A DNA stretch of 32,000 bases, from contig JBKSMP010000007.1 in assembly GCA_046881885.1 (NCBI GenBank), forward strand, positions 1 through 32,000, read 5' to 3'. Below the pieces are notes generated by a model. The model was not told where the DNA came from and ran no database searches. It saw only the letters and a list, made by a program, of their open reading frames with translations. This stretch comes from Opitutales bacterium (lineage in GTDB: Bacteria; Verrucomicrobiota; Verrucomicrobiia; Opitutales; UBA9783). The position numbers and the translations under genes were made by a program. Of this stretch, positions 6,591 through 15,935 are shown one piece after another; the stretch's first letter is position 1; every line of letters starts with the position of its first letter.

Positions 6591-8105
6591 TTAAAAAAAG
6601 AACGAACGTGCACCCCAAGCAACTAAGCCCAACACAAACAGAGTAACAACCGTCTTCCACAAAACCTTAAAACCTTTATCATCTGTCTCAATTAGCTTCT
6701 GGAATTGTGAGGTAAAAGCACTCCGTCCACGCAAAACGCCCTTGGACAAAAATCCTTCATAATTACGCTGCAAAAGATAGGTCTCCAATTGCTTCATTGT
6801 ATCCAACAAAACACCTACTGTAATGAGCGTTCCTGTTCCTCCAAAAAACAAAGCAACACGATAAGGTACTTTATACAAGAAATACAAAAGATCCGGGAAC
6901 AAAGCAATGGCTGTTAAAAACAAAGCTCCAGCAAGCGTTAAACGCGTCATTACAAAATCTAAAAACTGAGCGGTCGAATTTCCAGGACGCACCCCTGGAA
7001 TATAGCCACCATTCTTTTTAAGTTCATCCGCTATTTGCAATGGCTTAAACATAATAGAAACCCAAAAATAGCTAAAACCTAAAATTAAAATTCCGTAAGC
7101 TGTATAATACAAGCCCGATCCTTGCGAAAACACCATCGACCATTGTTGAAATGCCGTAATTCCAAAAGCAGCTCCTAAATAGGCAAGCAATTGTTGTGGG
7201 AACATGAGTAAAGCACTGGCAAAAATAACCGGCATAACACCTGCATAATTCACTTTTAAGGGTAAAAATGAACTTTGGCCACCATACATTTTTCTTCCCA
7301 CTAAACGCTTGGCATATTGAACCACAATCTTACGTTGTGCTTGAGTAACAGCAACCATTGCTGCAACAACGACGAACAACAAAACAAGCATCAAAATACA
7401 TTGCAAGCCACCAAAACGCATGCTTTCATCCACACCTATCGGTGCAGCAAACATTTTCACAAACAAATAAATACTTTGAGGCAAGCCGGATAAAATACCT
7501 ACGGTAATTAAAAGCGAAACACCATTTCCAACACCGCGCTGCGTAATTTGTTCCCCCAACCAGGTTAAAATCAAGGTACCAGTCGATAGTAAAAGAGTAG
7601 ATAGCAACAAAAACCAAAACCCTTGATGTAATGCAATCGAACCATAGGTGGCAACATCAAACCCAGGGAAAAGTTTATCGGGATAATTCGTCAAAGCCAT
7701 TATTAATAACCAACCTTGAATAAAACAAATCAAGAGGGTTAAATAACGTGTATATTGCATCAAACGTTGACGACCAAACTCACCTTCTTGTTGCAATTTA
7801 GCTAACGAAGGCAACATGGCGCCCAATAATTGAAAAATAATAGAAGCACTAATGTAAGGCATTACACCCAATCCAAAAATAGCTCCTTTTAAGAAGGCTC
7901 CTCCCGTAAACAAATTGTACAAACCAACCAATTGTCCACCGCCTAACATCTTTTGTGATTCAAAAAAGTTTTTCAAAGGCAAGGGATCAATCCCTGGCAA
8001 AGGAATATTACAACCAATTCGTGCAACAAACAAAAGCGACAAAGTAAACAACAACTTTTGCTTTAATTCTGGCACACGAAAACAATTTACGAAAGCAGCC
8101 AACAT
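6591..8105 (-). CDS. secY: Preprotein translocase subunit SecY, with a ~48-aa C-terminal extension containing an extra hydrophobic segment
   Basis: 504 aa multipass protein. SecY signatures are GIMPYISASII-like (GVMPYISASIIFQLL), GGTGTLITVGVLLDTMKQLE and the ..RNYEGFL end motif, followed by additional sequence. spc-operon position after rplO. Confidence 0.95.
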   Translation of the reverse strand: MLAAFVNCFRVPELKQKLLFTLSLLFVARIGCNIPLPGIDPLPLKNFFESQKMLGGGQLVGLYNLFTGGAFLKGAIFGLGVMPYISASIIFQLLGAMLPSLAKLQQEGEFGRQRLMQYTRYLTLLICFIQGWLLIMALTNYPDKLFPGFDVATYGSIALHQGFWFLLLSTLLLSTGTLILTWLGEQITQRGVGNGVSLLITVGILSGLPQSIYLFVKMFAAPIGVDESMRFGGLQCILMLVLLFVVVAAMVAVTQAQRKIVVQYAKRLVGRKMYGGQSSFLPLKVNYAGVMPVIFASALLMFPQQLLAYLGAAFGITAFQQWSMVFSQGSGLYYTAYGILILGFSYFWVSIMFKPLQIADELKKNGGYIPGVRPGNSTAQFLDFVMTRLTLAGALFLTAIALFPDLLYFLYKVPYRVALFFGGTGTLITVGVLLDTMKQLETYLLQRNYEGFLSKGVLRGRSAFTSQFQKLIETDDKGFKVLWKTVVTLFVLGLVAWGARSFFF

Positions 8106-8111
8106 AATATA

Positions 8112-8558
8112 TTATTTTTCGATTATTTTTCCACCAACGGCTTCAATTTTTTCTTTAGCACCCGAAGTAATTTTATCGACATTGAACGATAAAGGACGCT
8201 TCCATTCACCTTCACCTAATAATTTTACCGGCTTATTTTCATCCTTTAAAAGTCCAAAACGCTTTAAAACGTCTTTATCGATAACTTCAGAAAAATCTTC
8301 AGGCAAAACAATGTCCAAACGGCCTAAATTAATTGTGTTATAAAACAATTTAAAGTTAACATTGTTAAAGCCGCGTTTTGGCAATTTGCGATACCACGGA
8401 ATACCAGAAAAGTTTTTAGGTGTAGAATAACCTGAACGAGCATTTCCACCCTTATTTCCGCGGGAACAGGTTTTTCCATGACCACTTCCCTTACCGCAAC
8501 CTAAACGCTTGCTTTTATGCAAACGATTCTCTGTAAAAGGTAAATTATCTAATTTCAT
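8112..8558 (-). CDS. rplO: 50S ribosomal protein L15
   Basis: MKLDNL.. with the Gly/Lys-rich GKGSGHGKTCSRGNKGGNARSG N-domain. Sits between rpsE and secY. Confidence 0.94.
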   Translation of the reverse strand: MKLDNLPFTENRLHKSKRLGCGKGSGHGKTCSRGNKGGNARSGYSTPKNFSGIPWYRKLPKRGFNNVNFKLFYNTINLGRLDIVLPEDFSEVIDKDVLKRFGLLKDENKPVKLLGEGEWKRPLSFNVDKITSGAKEKIEAVGGKIIEK

Positions 8559-8567
8559 AAACGAACC

Positions 8568-9131
8568 TTATGCTAAAACATCTCCCTCAGCTGCACGCAT
8601 CGCACAAATTTGACGCTTTGTACGCAACTGTAAAAGTGCATTAATTGTAGAACGTACCATAGAAAGATGATTATTAGCCCCTAAAGACTTAGACAAAACA
8701 TCTTTTACGCCCGCCATTTCTAAAACGGCACGAATACCGCCACCTGCAATAACACCTGTACCTGAACAAGCAGGCTTCAAAACAACACGTCCACCTCCTG
8801 CTTCTCCAACAACTTCATGTGGAATAGTACTGTTCAACAATGAAACTCTATAAACACGCTTCTTAGCAGCCTCACTTGCCTTCCGAATAGCATCCGAAAC
8901 TTCTTTCGCTTTTCCTAACCCAACACCAATGAGACCTGCCTTATTACCAGCAACAATAAGTACCGAAAAGCTAAAACGACGTCCACCTTTTACGACCTTA
9001 GCACAACGATTAATGTGAACGACCTTTTCAACCCAACCTTCTAAAGGTTCAGAAAGAAGCATTTCCTGTTTTTCTGACAAGAAACCTAAATCCTGCTTTA
9101 AATTGTTAGCCTCGATTTCTTTTACTTCCAT
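8568..9131 (-). CDS. rpsE: 30S ribosomal protein S5 (N-terminus ~20 aa longer than in E. coli or B. subtilis)
   Basis: Core EKVVHINRCAKVVKGGRRFSFSVLIVAGN and ..GTGVIAGGGIRAVLE.AG..D.L.KSLG. spc position. Confidence 0.95.
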   Translation of the reverse strand: MEVKEIEANNLKQDLGFLSEKQEMLLSEPLEGWVEKVVHINRCAKVVKGGRRFSFSVLIVAGNKAGLIGVGLGKAKEVSDAIRKASEAAKKRVYRVSLLNSTIPHEVVGEAGGGRVVLKPACSGTGVIAGGGIRAVLEMAGVKDVLSKSLGANNHLSMVRSTINALLQLRTKRQICAMRAAEGDVLA

Positions 9132-9142
9132 AAAATTAAACC

Positions 9143-9505
9143 TTAAAAATTAATACCTGCTTCACGAACTGCATCCGCAAAAACACGAACACCACCCAAA
9201 TAAGAACGTCCCGCACGATCAAAAACAACCTGCGTAATGCCCTTTTCCTTCAAGTAATTACCGAACAATTTACCTAATTCTTGTAAACCTGCAACATTTG
9301 GCTTCAAATGCAGGGCCTTCAAATCTTTAGATAACGAAGAAAGCGCTCCTAATGTTCTACCTGCATCATCGTCGATACATTGTGCATAAGCATGCTTATT
9401 CGACAAACACAAAGTCAAACGTGGACGTTCAGCCGTTCCTTTAACCTTAGAACGAATGCGAAAACGACGATTTTGTTCCAATCTCTGCTTTTCAAATAAT
9501 TTCAT
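9143..9505 (-). CDS. rplR: 50S ribosomal protein L18
   Basis: L18 pattern RR.RIR.K..GTAERPRL.....K..YAQ.IDD and FDR.G..Y.GRV.A.A...RE.G. Start set to ATG 9505 (MKLFEKQ...), 4 nt after the rplF stop with GAAGG upstream. The track start 9550 would overlap rplF by 41 nt. Confidence 0.93.
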   Translation of the reverse strand: MKLFEKQRLEQNRRFRIRSKVKGTAERPRLTLCLSNKHAYAQCIDDDAGRTLGALSSLSKDLKALHLKPNVAGLQELGKLFGNYLKEKGITQVVFDRAGRSYLGGVRVFADAVREAGINF

Positions 9506-9509
9506 AACA

Positions 9510-10046
9510 TTAAGCCTTCTTCTTACCTTCCTTGCGGCGAACAAATTCACCTAAAATACGTACACCTTTGCCTTTGTAAGGTTCTACAGGATAATAACGC
9601 TTTATATCTGCAGCCACTTGTCCAACAACACAGCAATCCGCACCTTCTACGTGCAACTTTGTACCCTCTTTAACCTGAATAGAAACACCCTCAGGAATGG
9701 AATACTTTATTGGATGCGAATATCCCAAAGCCAAGTCTAAAACATTGCCAGAAACAGCTGCCTTAAAACCAACACCTTGAATCTCCAAATCCTTAAAAAA
9801 TGGCTCTTGAACACCCTTTACCATGTTGGCAATAATTGCACGAACGGTACCATGCATAGCCAAAGAAAAACGTTCATCATTTTTAGGACTTACCAAAACC
9901 TGATTGTTTTCTATCTTTATGGTAACGCAAGAGGCAAACGTCTTACTTAATTCTCCTTTAGGTCCTTTTACAACTACGGTATCCCCATTAACTGTAACAG
10001 AAACCTTATCGCCTAAATTAATAGGAAGTTTTCCAATTCTACTCAT
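9510..10046 (-). CDS. rplF: 50S ribosomal protein L6
   Basis: MSRIGKLPI.. start, 178 aa, two-domain L6 pattern (..GYSHP....P.G.....), ending in ..YKGKG.R. spc position. Confidence 0.95.
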   Translation of the reverse strand: MSRIGKLPINLGDKVSVTVNGDTVVVKGPKGELSKTFASCVTIKIENNQVLVSPKNDERFSLAMHGTVRAIIANMVKGVQEPFFKDLEIQGVGFKAAVSGNVLDLALGYSHPIKYSIPEGVSIQVKEGTKLHVEGADCCVVGQVAADIKRYYPVEPYKGKGVRILGEFVRRKEGKKKA

Positions 10047-10050
10047 CGCC

Positions 10051-10440
10051 TTACCAAACTTTACAAATTAATTCGCCTCCAACTCTCATTTCTTTTGCCT
10101 CTTTACCCGACAAAATACCTTTAGAAGTTGAAAGAACACAAATACCTAAACCGCTCAAAACACTTGGGATATGTTCACAATCAACATACCAACGTGCACC
10201 TGGCGTACTGCAACGCTTTAAAACATTAAGAACCGGCACACCTTTAACATATTTTAAACGAATTACCAAATTCTTAAAACCACGAGCATCTGTACCTTCC
10301 TTTACATCAGCAATGTATCCCTCTTTTTTCAACAAAAGAGCAATACCTTTGCGAATGTTAGAAAATTGAGCGCAGCAAGTAGGTTTATTTGCACGGCTCG
10401 CATTCCTAATAATTGTCAAAAAATCACCTATCGTATCCAT
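10051..10440 (-). CDS. rpsH: 30S ribosomal protein S8
   Basis: MDTIGDFLTIIRNA start, GYI motif (KKEGYIADV) and C-terminal ..LSTS.G.L....A....GGE..C.VW. Confidence 0.95.
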   Translation of the reverse strand: MDTIGDFLTIIRNASRANKPTCCAQFSNIRKGIALLLKKEGYIADVKEGTDARGFKNLVIRLKYVKGVPVLNVLKRCSTPGARWYVDCEHIPSVLSGLGICVLSTSKGILSGKEAKEMRVGGELICKVW

Positions 10441-10444
10441 AATT

Positions 10445-10750
10445 TTACCAAGAAGCCTTTGTTACACCCGGCAATAAACCTTTTAATGCAAACTCACGTA
10501 ATGTAAGTCGCGAAACACCAAATCGTCCAAAATATCCTCGTGGACGTCCTGTAATCGAACAACGATTCCGATAACGAATCCGAGAAGAATTTCGTGGCAA
10601 CAAAGCCAATTCTCTTTGAGCCTTGAAAAATTCTTCATCTGAAGTTTTTGGATCTAAAATTTTTGCTTTGAGCTCTCTACGTTTTTCAGCGTATTTCTCA
10701 ATTAATTTAGCCCGATGTGCATTACGCGCAATTGAAGACTTTTTTGCCAT
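10445..10750 (-). CDS. rpsN: 30S ribosomal protein S14 (long form, no zinc ribbon)
   Basis: 101 aa, MAKKS.IARN..R..L..KY, ending ..R.RNRC..TGRPRGY...FG.SR...RE.A..G..PGV.KASW. A single Cys only, so not the short Cys4 form. Confidence 0.94.
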   Translation of the reverse strand: MAKKSSIARNAHRAKLIEKYAEKRRELKAKILDPKTSDEEFFKAQRELALLPRNSSRIRYRNRCSITGRPRGYFGRFGVSRLTLREFALKGLLPGVTKASW

Positions 10751-10754
10751 ATAC

Positions 10755-11300
10755 TTACTTTCTAAATGCCATTCCTAATTTTTCAAGCAACAACAACGCA
10801 TCACTGTCTTTAGATACATTGGTAACAATCGCAATATCCAAACCAACATTTTGGCGGTTGCTTGTTTCAATTTTAATTTCAGGGAAAATCGTATGATCTG
10901 CAATACCAATATTCAAATTTCCTTGTTTGTCCATTTTCTTAGCAACACCACGAAAATCTCGAATAACAGGCAAAGCAACATTGATTAAACGGTATAAAAA
11001 ATCATACATGCGATCACCACGTAAGGTTACCTTTACACCAGCCGACATACCTTCACGCAATTTAAAATTAGATATGCTTTTCTTAGCTTTTGTAATCAAA
11101 GGTTTTTGTCCAGCAATCAAGCCCATTTCCTTAACGAGTTGTTCAATGTGAGCTTTGTCCAAACCAGAATCAATACGAGAATTTAAAACAACCTTCTCAA
11201 CTTTGGGAACATCATGAATGTTTTCGAAACCATGCTCCTTCATCAAAGAAGGTACAACTTGCTTTAAATAAAACTCCTTTAAAACAGGTACTTGTTTCAT
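10755..11300 (-). CDS. rplE: 50S ribosomal protein L5
   Basis: 181 aa with ..NIH.VPK.EKVVLN.. and ..RGDRMYDFL.RLI..ALP..RDFRG... Its ATGA start overlaps rplX. Confidence 0.95.
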   Translation of the reverse strand: MKQVPVLKEFYLKQVVPSLMKEHGFENIHDVPKVEKVVLNSRIDSGLDKAHIEQLVKEMGLIAGQKPLITKAKKSISNFKLREGMSAGVKVTLRGDRMYDFLYRLINVALPVIRDFRGVAKKMDKQGNLNIGIADHTIFPEIKIETSNRQNVGLDIAIVTNVSKDSDALLLLEKLGMAFRK

Positions 11301-11554
11301 TTGGCTTCCTCCTGTTTCGCTTCAGGTTTATCGGCAATTACCTTTATATTCGAATAATGAATAGGCATTTCCTTTTCAATAATACCGCCATTAGGGTTTT
11401 CTTGAGATTTTTTCAAGAACTTCTTACGCAAATTAATTCCCTCAATAACAACACGTTGAGAATCACGAAGTACTTCCAAAATCTTACCTTTTTTCCCCTT
11501 GTGTTCACCGGTAATAACAACAACTTCTGTTCCTTTTTTGACCTTGTATTTCAT
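11297..11554 (-). CDS. rplX: 50S ribosomal protein L24 (short, 85 aa)
   Basis: KOW motif KKGTEVVVITGEHKGKKGKILEV and ..P.H.SN.... TAATG overlap with the rplN stop. Confidence 0.92.
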   Translation of the reverse strand: MKYKVKKGTEVVVITGEHKGKKGKILEVLRDSQRVVIEGINLRKKFLKKSQENPNGGIIEKEMPIHYSNIKVIADKPEAKQEEAK

Positions 11555-11919
11555 TATATAACCTCCGGTGCCAAAGAAATGATTTTCATAAAGTTCTTTT
11601 GACGTAACTCACGAGCTACAGGGCCAAAAACACGCGTACCCTTTGGATTGTTATTGGCGTCAATAATGACACAAGCATTTGTATCAAAACGCAAATAAGA
11701 ACCATCTTCTCTTGGTATTGCGTATTTAGTGCGTACAATAACTGCACGAACAACACTACCCTTTTTAACCGTGGCCTCAGGAGAACTTTCTTTAACGGAA
11801 CCGATAAAAATATCGCCTACCTGAGCCGTCCGACTCAATTGACCCAAGCGACGGATCATGGCAACACTTTTTGCACCCGTGTTATCAGCCACCTCCATCA
11901 CACTATTCATTTGCAACAT
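11554..11919 (-). CDS. rplN: 50S ribosomal protein L14
   Basis: [17 protein letters not shown] start and ..VRTK....R.DGSY.RFD.NA.V......PKGTR.FGPV.REL. Confidence 0.96.
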   Translation of the reverse strand: MLQMNSVMEVADNTGAKSVAMIRRLGQLSRTAQVGDIFIGSVKESSPEATVKKGSVVRAVIVRTKYAIPREDGSYLRFDTNACVIIDANNNPKGTRVFGPVARELRQKNFMKIISLAPEVI

Positions 11920-11940
11920 ATGCTACAACCTCCTCAACAA

Positions 11941-12210
11941 TTACGCTTGCGCTTTTTCTAATATACGCACTACACGCCAACGTTTTAAACGACTTAATGG
12001 ACGCGTAGCCATAATTTCCACTTTATCACCAACATTACAAGCGTTTTCAGCATCATGAACGTGTAACACGGTCTTACGTTTAATCTCTTTACGAAATAAA
12101 GGATGTGGTTTTTTATAAAAGAAAATAACTTTAATAGATTTATCACCGGAACGATTATTAACAACCCCTACCAATGTCTTTCGTTGCGTTCTCTGTTCTA
12201 CTGTTTCCAT
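11941..12210 (-). CDS. rpsQ: 30S ribosomal protein S17
   Basis: ..RKTLVGVV......KSI.V......HPLF.K......K...HD..N....GD.V.I...RPLS..K.W.V. Confidence 0.94.
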   Translation of the reverse strand: METVEQRTQRKTLVGVVNNRSGDKSIKVIFFYKKPHPLFRKEIKRKTVLHVHDAENACNVGDKVEIMATRPLSRLKRWRVVRILEKAQA

Positions 12211-12224
12211 ATATCAAACCTCGT

Positions 12225-12419
12225 TTAAGCTTGCGCAGCTTTTTGCGTCAAAGCCAAATTAATTCTTGCAATATCCTTATGCAACTCACGAATTTCTGCT
12301 GGACTTTTCAATTGCCCTAACTGCTTCTTCATGCGCAATTCCAAATATTGCTGCGATGTTGAAACTAATTTCGCGCGCAACTCATCTTGTGTCAACTTTA
12401 AAATTTCTTTCATTTCCAT
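12225..12419 (-). CDS. rpmC: 50S ribosomal protein L29
   Basis: 64-aa helical ORF ..L..L...EL...L.....EL..LR.....GQL........R..IARI.T. Sits between rplP and rpsQ. Confidence 0.9.
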   Translation of the reverse strand: MEMKEILKLTQDELRAKLVSTSQQYLELRMKKQLGQLKSPAEIRELHKDIARINLALTQKAAQA

Positions 12420-12430
12420 AGTTATCCTCC

Positions 12431-12862
12431 TTAGAAACGCTGACTTAAAGATTCACGGCTCAAAAAACGACACTTTAGACCCAACTTTCGGTCTGCTAAG
12501 CCCATAGCTTCACGTGCAACAGCCAATGAAACACCCGCAACTTCGAATAAAATTACACCAGGTTTTACAACTGCTACCCAATACTCAACGCTACCTTTTC
12601 CCTTACCCATACGAGTTTCGGCCGGTTTTTTCGTGATCGGCTTATGAGGGAAAACACGCATCCACAACTTACCTTTTCTTTTTAAGTGTCGATTGATAGC
12701 CACACGAGCCGCTTCCAATTGAGCAGCAGTAATGCGTCCACGCTCTAAAACTTGAATTCCAAAGTCACCAAAAGCCAATTCAGCACCGCCTTTTGCGTTT
12801 CCGTAAATACGACCTTTTTGAACTTTACGATATTTTGTTCTTGCTGGAAGTAAAATTGCCAT
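12431..12862 (-). CDS. rplP: 50S ribosomal protein L16
   Basis: ..[23 protein letters not shown]....E..RIT..Q.EAAR.A..R..KR.GK.W.R.FP..P.T.KP.E.RMGKGKG..E.WVA. Confidence 0.96.
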   Translation of the reverse strand: MAILLPARTKYRKVQKGRIYGNAKGGAELAFGDFGIQVLERGRITAAQLEAARVAINRHLKRKGKLWMRVFPHKPITKKPAETRMGKGKGSVEYWVAVVKPGVILFEVAGVSLAVAREAMGLADRKLGLKCRFLSRESLSQRF

Positions 12863-12878
12863 ATTATTTCCTCACTTC

Positions 12879-13499
12879 TTAATCAGCGCGACAAACCCAA
12901 CACTTTACGCCAATAATACCGTAAACTGTATGCGCCTCATTAAACCCATAATCTACATTTGCTCGTAAGGTATGTAAAGGTACACACCCTGCGCGTTGCG
13001 ATTCCGTTCTTGCAATTTCAGCACCACCCAAACGACCTGCACATTGTAAACGAATTCCTTTTGCTCCTGTGCTCATCGCCAATTGAACGGCCTTCTTCAT
13101 GGCACGACGAAACGAAACACGCTTTTCCAACTGCAAAGCAACACCTTCTGCAATCAATTGCGCAACTAAATCTGGCTTCTTCAATTCTTGAACATCCAAC
13201 AAAACGTCCTTTTTCACCAATTTTTGTAGTTGCTCTTTTACCTTGTCCAACTCTTGACCTTTACGTCCAATAATAACACCTGGACGACCCGTCAAAATGG
13301 TAATACGAATGCGATTGCCAGCACGTTCCAATAAAATATCTTGAACGGAAGCGTATTTAAACTTCTTTTGCAAAAATTCGCGAATTTTAAAATCTTCGGC
13401 AACCCACGACATATAATTTTTGCCTGCAGCAAACCAACGAGAACGCCAGTCGCGACGAATCGGCAAACGGAAACCTATTGGATTTATCTTTTGTCCCAT
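12879..13499 (-). CDS. rpsC: 30S ribosomal protein S3
   Basis: MGQKINPIGFRL...RDW.SRWFA start, KH domain ..I.I.T.RPG..IG.KG..... and ..G.KG.R....GRLGGAEIAR.E....G.VPLHTLRA.VDYG. Confidence 0.96.
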   Translation of the reverse strand: MGQKINPIGFRLPIRRDWRSRWFAAGKNYMSWVAEDFKIREFLQKKFKYASVQDILLERAGNRIRITILTGRPGVIIGRKGQELDKVKEQLQKLVKKDVLLDVQELKKPDLVAQLIAEGVALQLEKRVSFRRAMKKAVQLAMSTGAKGIRLQCAGRLGGAEIARTESQRAGCVPLHTLRANVDYGFNEAHTVYGIIGVKCWVCRAD

Positions 13500-13504
13500 A
13501 TTTC

Positions 13505-13864
13505 TTATTCCTTATGATCTTGAGCTATTTGCCCATCAGAGGTCAATACTATTTTAATACGACTTGTTCTTTTGCGAATAGGATGCGCCGAACCTCTCGA
13601 AACAGGCTGAAAACGTTTAAACGCAGGCCCTTCATCCACGATTGCTTCACATACCAACAATTGCTCAACCGGCAAATTGAAATTATTTTCCGCATTCGCA
13701 ATAGCGCTTTTTAAGGTTTTTGCAGCCAAACGAGCAGACTTCCGAGGAATCCACTTCAAGGTTTGCAATGCATCTTGCGCTGCCATTCCAACCAACCCTT
13801 TCGCAACCGCTCTCAATTTCAACGGAGAAATACGAATATTTTTAGTTAATGCTTGTACTTTCAT
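13505..13864 (-). CDS. rplV: 50S ribosomal protein L22
   Basis: ..A....IRISP.K.R.VA..L.G......AL..L....K..A....K.L.SA.ANAE.N.........V.EA.VDEGP..KR..P...G.A..I.KRTS.I. Confidence 0.94.
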   Translation of the reverse strand: MKVQALTKNIRISPLKLRAVAKGLVGMAAQDALQTLKWIPRKSARLAAKTLKSAIANAENNFNLPVEQLLVCEAIVDEGPAFKRFQPVSRGSAHPIRKRTSRIKIVLTSDGQIAQDHKE

Positions 13865-14136
13865 TAGGCTTTCTGCGTATGAGGATTATGTGTTTTAAAG
13901 GTACGAGTTGGAGCAAATTCACCCAACTTATGACCTACCATGTTTTCTGTAACATACACAGGAAAAAAGCTTTTTCCATTATGTACGTTAAAATTCAAAC
14001 CAACAAATTCCGGCGTTATTGTAGAACGACGCGACCATGTTTGTATTGGTTTTTTATTCCCAGTCTTCTGACAAGCATCTACCTTATCCATTAATTTGGG
14101 ATCAACAAAAAAACCTTTCTTTAAAGAACGCGACAT
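13864..14136 (-). CDS. rpsS: 30S ribosomal protein S19
   Basis: [15 protein letters not shown]... I.TWSR.STI.PEFVG....[30 protein letters not shown] overlap with rplV. Confidence 0.96.
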   Translation of the reverse strand: MSRSLKKGFFVDPKLMDKVDACQKTGNKKPIQTWSRRSTITPEFVGLNFNVHNGKSFFPVYVTENMVGHKLGEFAPTRTFKTHNPHTQKA

Positions 14137-14139
14137 ATT

Positions 14140-14982
14140 TTATCCCTTCTTAACCTTTTTACCATTACGACGAACCAAAATAAAACGATCTGTCTTATTT
14201 CTGCGTTTGCGGGTAACATAACCCTTTGCAAGCTGACCCCAAGGAGAAACAGGATGATTACCACCTCCAGTTTGACCTCCACCCATTGGGTGATCAATCG
14301 GATTCATTGCACAACCACGAACTGATGGACGACGACCTTTCCAACGAGCACGACCTGCCTTACCGAGAACAACATTTTGATGTTCTACATTGCCAACACG
14401 ACCAATCGTTGCACGACAACGCGAGTCAATCAAACGAATTTCTCCACTTGGCATCTTCAAGGAAGCATATCCTTTGTCAAAACCAACGATTTCCAAGGCC
14501 GAACCTGCACTACGAGCTAACTGAGCACCATTTCCTGGTGTCATCTCAACTGAGTGAATTTTAACCGCTGTAGGAATGCAGGAAAGCGGAAAGCTCATGC
14601 CAACTTTGTAGTTAGAAACCGGCTTATCCAAGCTTACAACAGAATCACCAACATTCAAACCTTCTGGGGCAAGAATGTAAGTTTTTTCACCATCTGCATA
14701 CTTAAGCAAAGCCAAATTGGCTGAACGATTTGGATCATACTCAATCGCCTCAACAACAGCAGGAATACTCAACTTATTGCGCTTAAAATCGATAATACGA
14801 TACAAACGCTTATGACCACCTCCACGATGACGCGATGTAACACGACCTCCGTTATTGCGACCTTTTTTTCTATGAACACCCATTGTTAAGCGGCGTTCTG
14901 AAGACTTCTTTGTAATCTCCGTCTTGTTTTTGATCAAGAACCGCTGACCTGGAGTTGTAGGAACTGTTTTTACTAATACCAT
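14140..14982 (-). CDS. rplB: 50S ribosomal protein L2
   Basis: 280 aa with ..GRNN.GR.T.RHRGGGHKR.YR.IDF.R.. and ..RGCAMNP.DHP.GGG.. signatures. Confidence 0.97.
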   Translation of the reverse strand: MVLVKTVPTTPGQRFLIKNKTEITKKSSERRLTMGVHRKKGRNNGGRVTSRHRGGGHKRLYRIIDFKRNKLSIPAVVEAIEYDPNRSANLALLKYADGEKTYILAPEGLNVGDSVVSLDKPVSNYKVGMSFPLSCIPTAVKIHSVEMTPGNGAQLARSAGSALEIVGFDKGYASLKMPSGEIRLIDSRCRATIGRVGNVEHQNVVLGKAGRARWKGRRPSVRGCAMNPIDHPMGGGQTGGGNHPVSPWGQLAKGYVTRKRRNKTDRFILVRRNGKKVKKG

Positions 14983-14992
14983 AATCCCACCC

Positions 14993-15283
14993 TTAAATAA
15001 TATCTATTTTATAACCTTTTTTCAACACAACCATAGCCTTCTTCATACCACCAACTTTTCCAGGCAAAGTCTTACGAAGACGGCTGCGCTTTACTTTAGG
15101 TTTACGATTCAAAATACGAACTTTGCTTACTTTAACCTTAAATGCATTTTCTACAGCCTCAGCAACTTCAGTACGATTGGCATCGGCAACCACCTCAAAC
15201 GTATAACAATTTTCACGCGCAATTAAATTACTCGCTTTTTCTGTCACACGATACTCTCTTAAAATTTTCCAAGCTTCTATCAT
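14993..15283 (-). CDS. rplW: 50S ribosomal protein L23
   Basis: 96 aa with ..R..TEK.........Y.F.V....N..E...AVE..F.VKV..V...N..... Sits between rplD and rplB. Confidence 0.92.
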   Translation of the reverse strand: MIEAWKILREYRVTEKASNLIARENCYTFEVVADANRTEVAEAVENAFKVKVSKVRILNRKPKVKRSRLRKTLPGKVGGMKKAMVVLKKGYKIDII

Positions 15284-15296
15284 TTTCTATCCTCGT

Positions 15297-15923
15297 TTAG
15301 GCTTGAATACGTTGCAAAACGGATGCCAAAGCGCGATCTGTCATAACAACTTTTTGAAAACGTACCAAATCAAAAGCATTTACCGAATGGGCATCCACTG
15401 AAAAGATTCGATTTAAATTACGCAAAGAAAGCAATTGATTTTGAGAAAATTCACTATCAATCACTAAGCTTTTATGATTTTCAACCACCTTATTTAAAAC
15501 TTCAGCCATAACCGCCGTTTTAGGCGCTTCCATATCTTTTAAAGCTTCCAAAACTAACAATTTGCCTTCAACAACTGCATCAAACAACGCACGCTGCAAT
15601 GCCAAACGTTTCTCTTTGCGATTCAATTGAACCGAAAAATCTCTTGGCTTTGGACCAAATACAACACCACCTCCACGTGCTAATGGACTGCGTTTTTCAC
15701 CTTGACGAGCCATACCCGTTCCTTTTTGTCTGAACGGTTTTTTACCGGAACCATGAACCTCGCCACGTGTTTTTGTACAAGCATTTCCTTGGCGTAAATT
15801 AGCTTGATAAGCAAGAACCACTTCCTTTAAAACCTGAAGCCCACGATCTCCTTCAAACGTTGGAATATCGTAATCACGCTCCCCACTGCAAACACCATCG
15901 ATACCGTAAAATTTAATCTTCAT
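15297..15923 (-). CDS. rplD: 50S ribosomal protein L4
   Basis: 208 aa with ..A.TKTRGEV.GSGKKP.RQKGTG.ARQG..RSP...GGGVVFGPKPRD. Confidence 0.95.
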   Translation of the reverse strand: MKIKFYGIDGVCSGERDYDIPTFEGDRGLQVLKEVVLAYQANLRQGNACTKTRGEVHGSGKKPFRQKGTGMARQGEKRSPLARGGGVVFGPKPRDFSVQLNRKEKRLALQRALFDAVVEGKLLVLEALKDMEAPKTAVMAEVLNKVVENHKSLVIDSEFSQNQLLSLRNLNRIFSVDAHSVNAFDLVRFQKVVMTDRALASVLQRIQA

Positions 15924-15935
15924 ATCTCACCTCTT

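Noticed and set aside
9506-9550. 15-codon extension of rplR overlapping rplF by 41 nt
   Set aside because: The internal ATG at 9505 sits 4 nt after the rplF stop, has an upstream GAAGG, and gives a normal-length L18.
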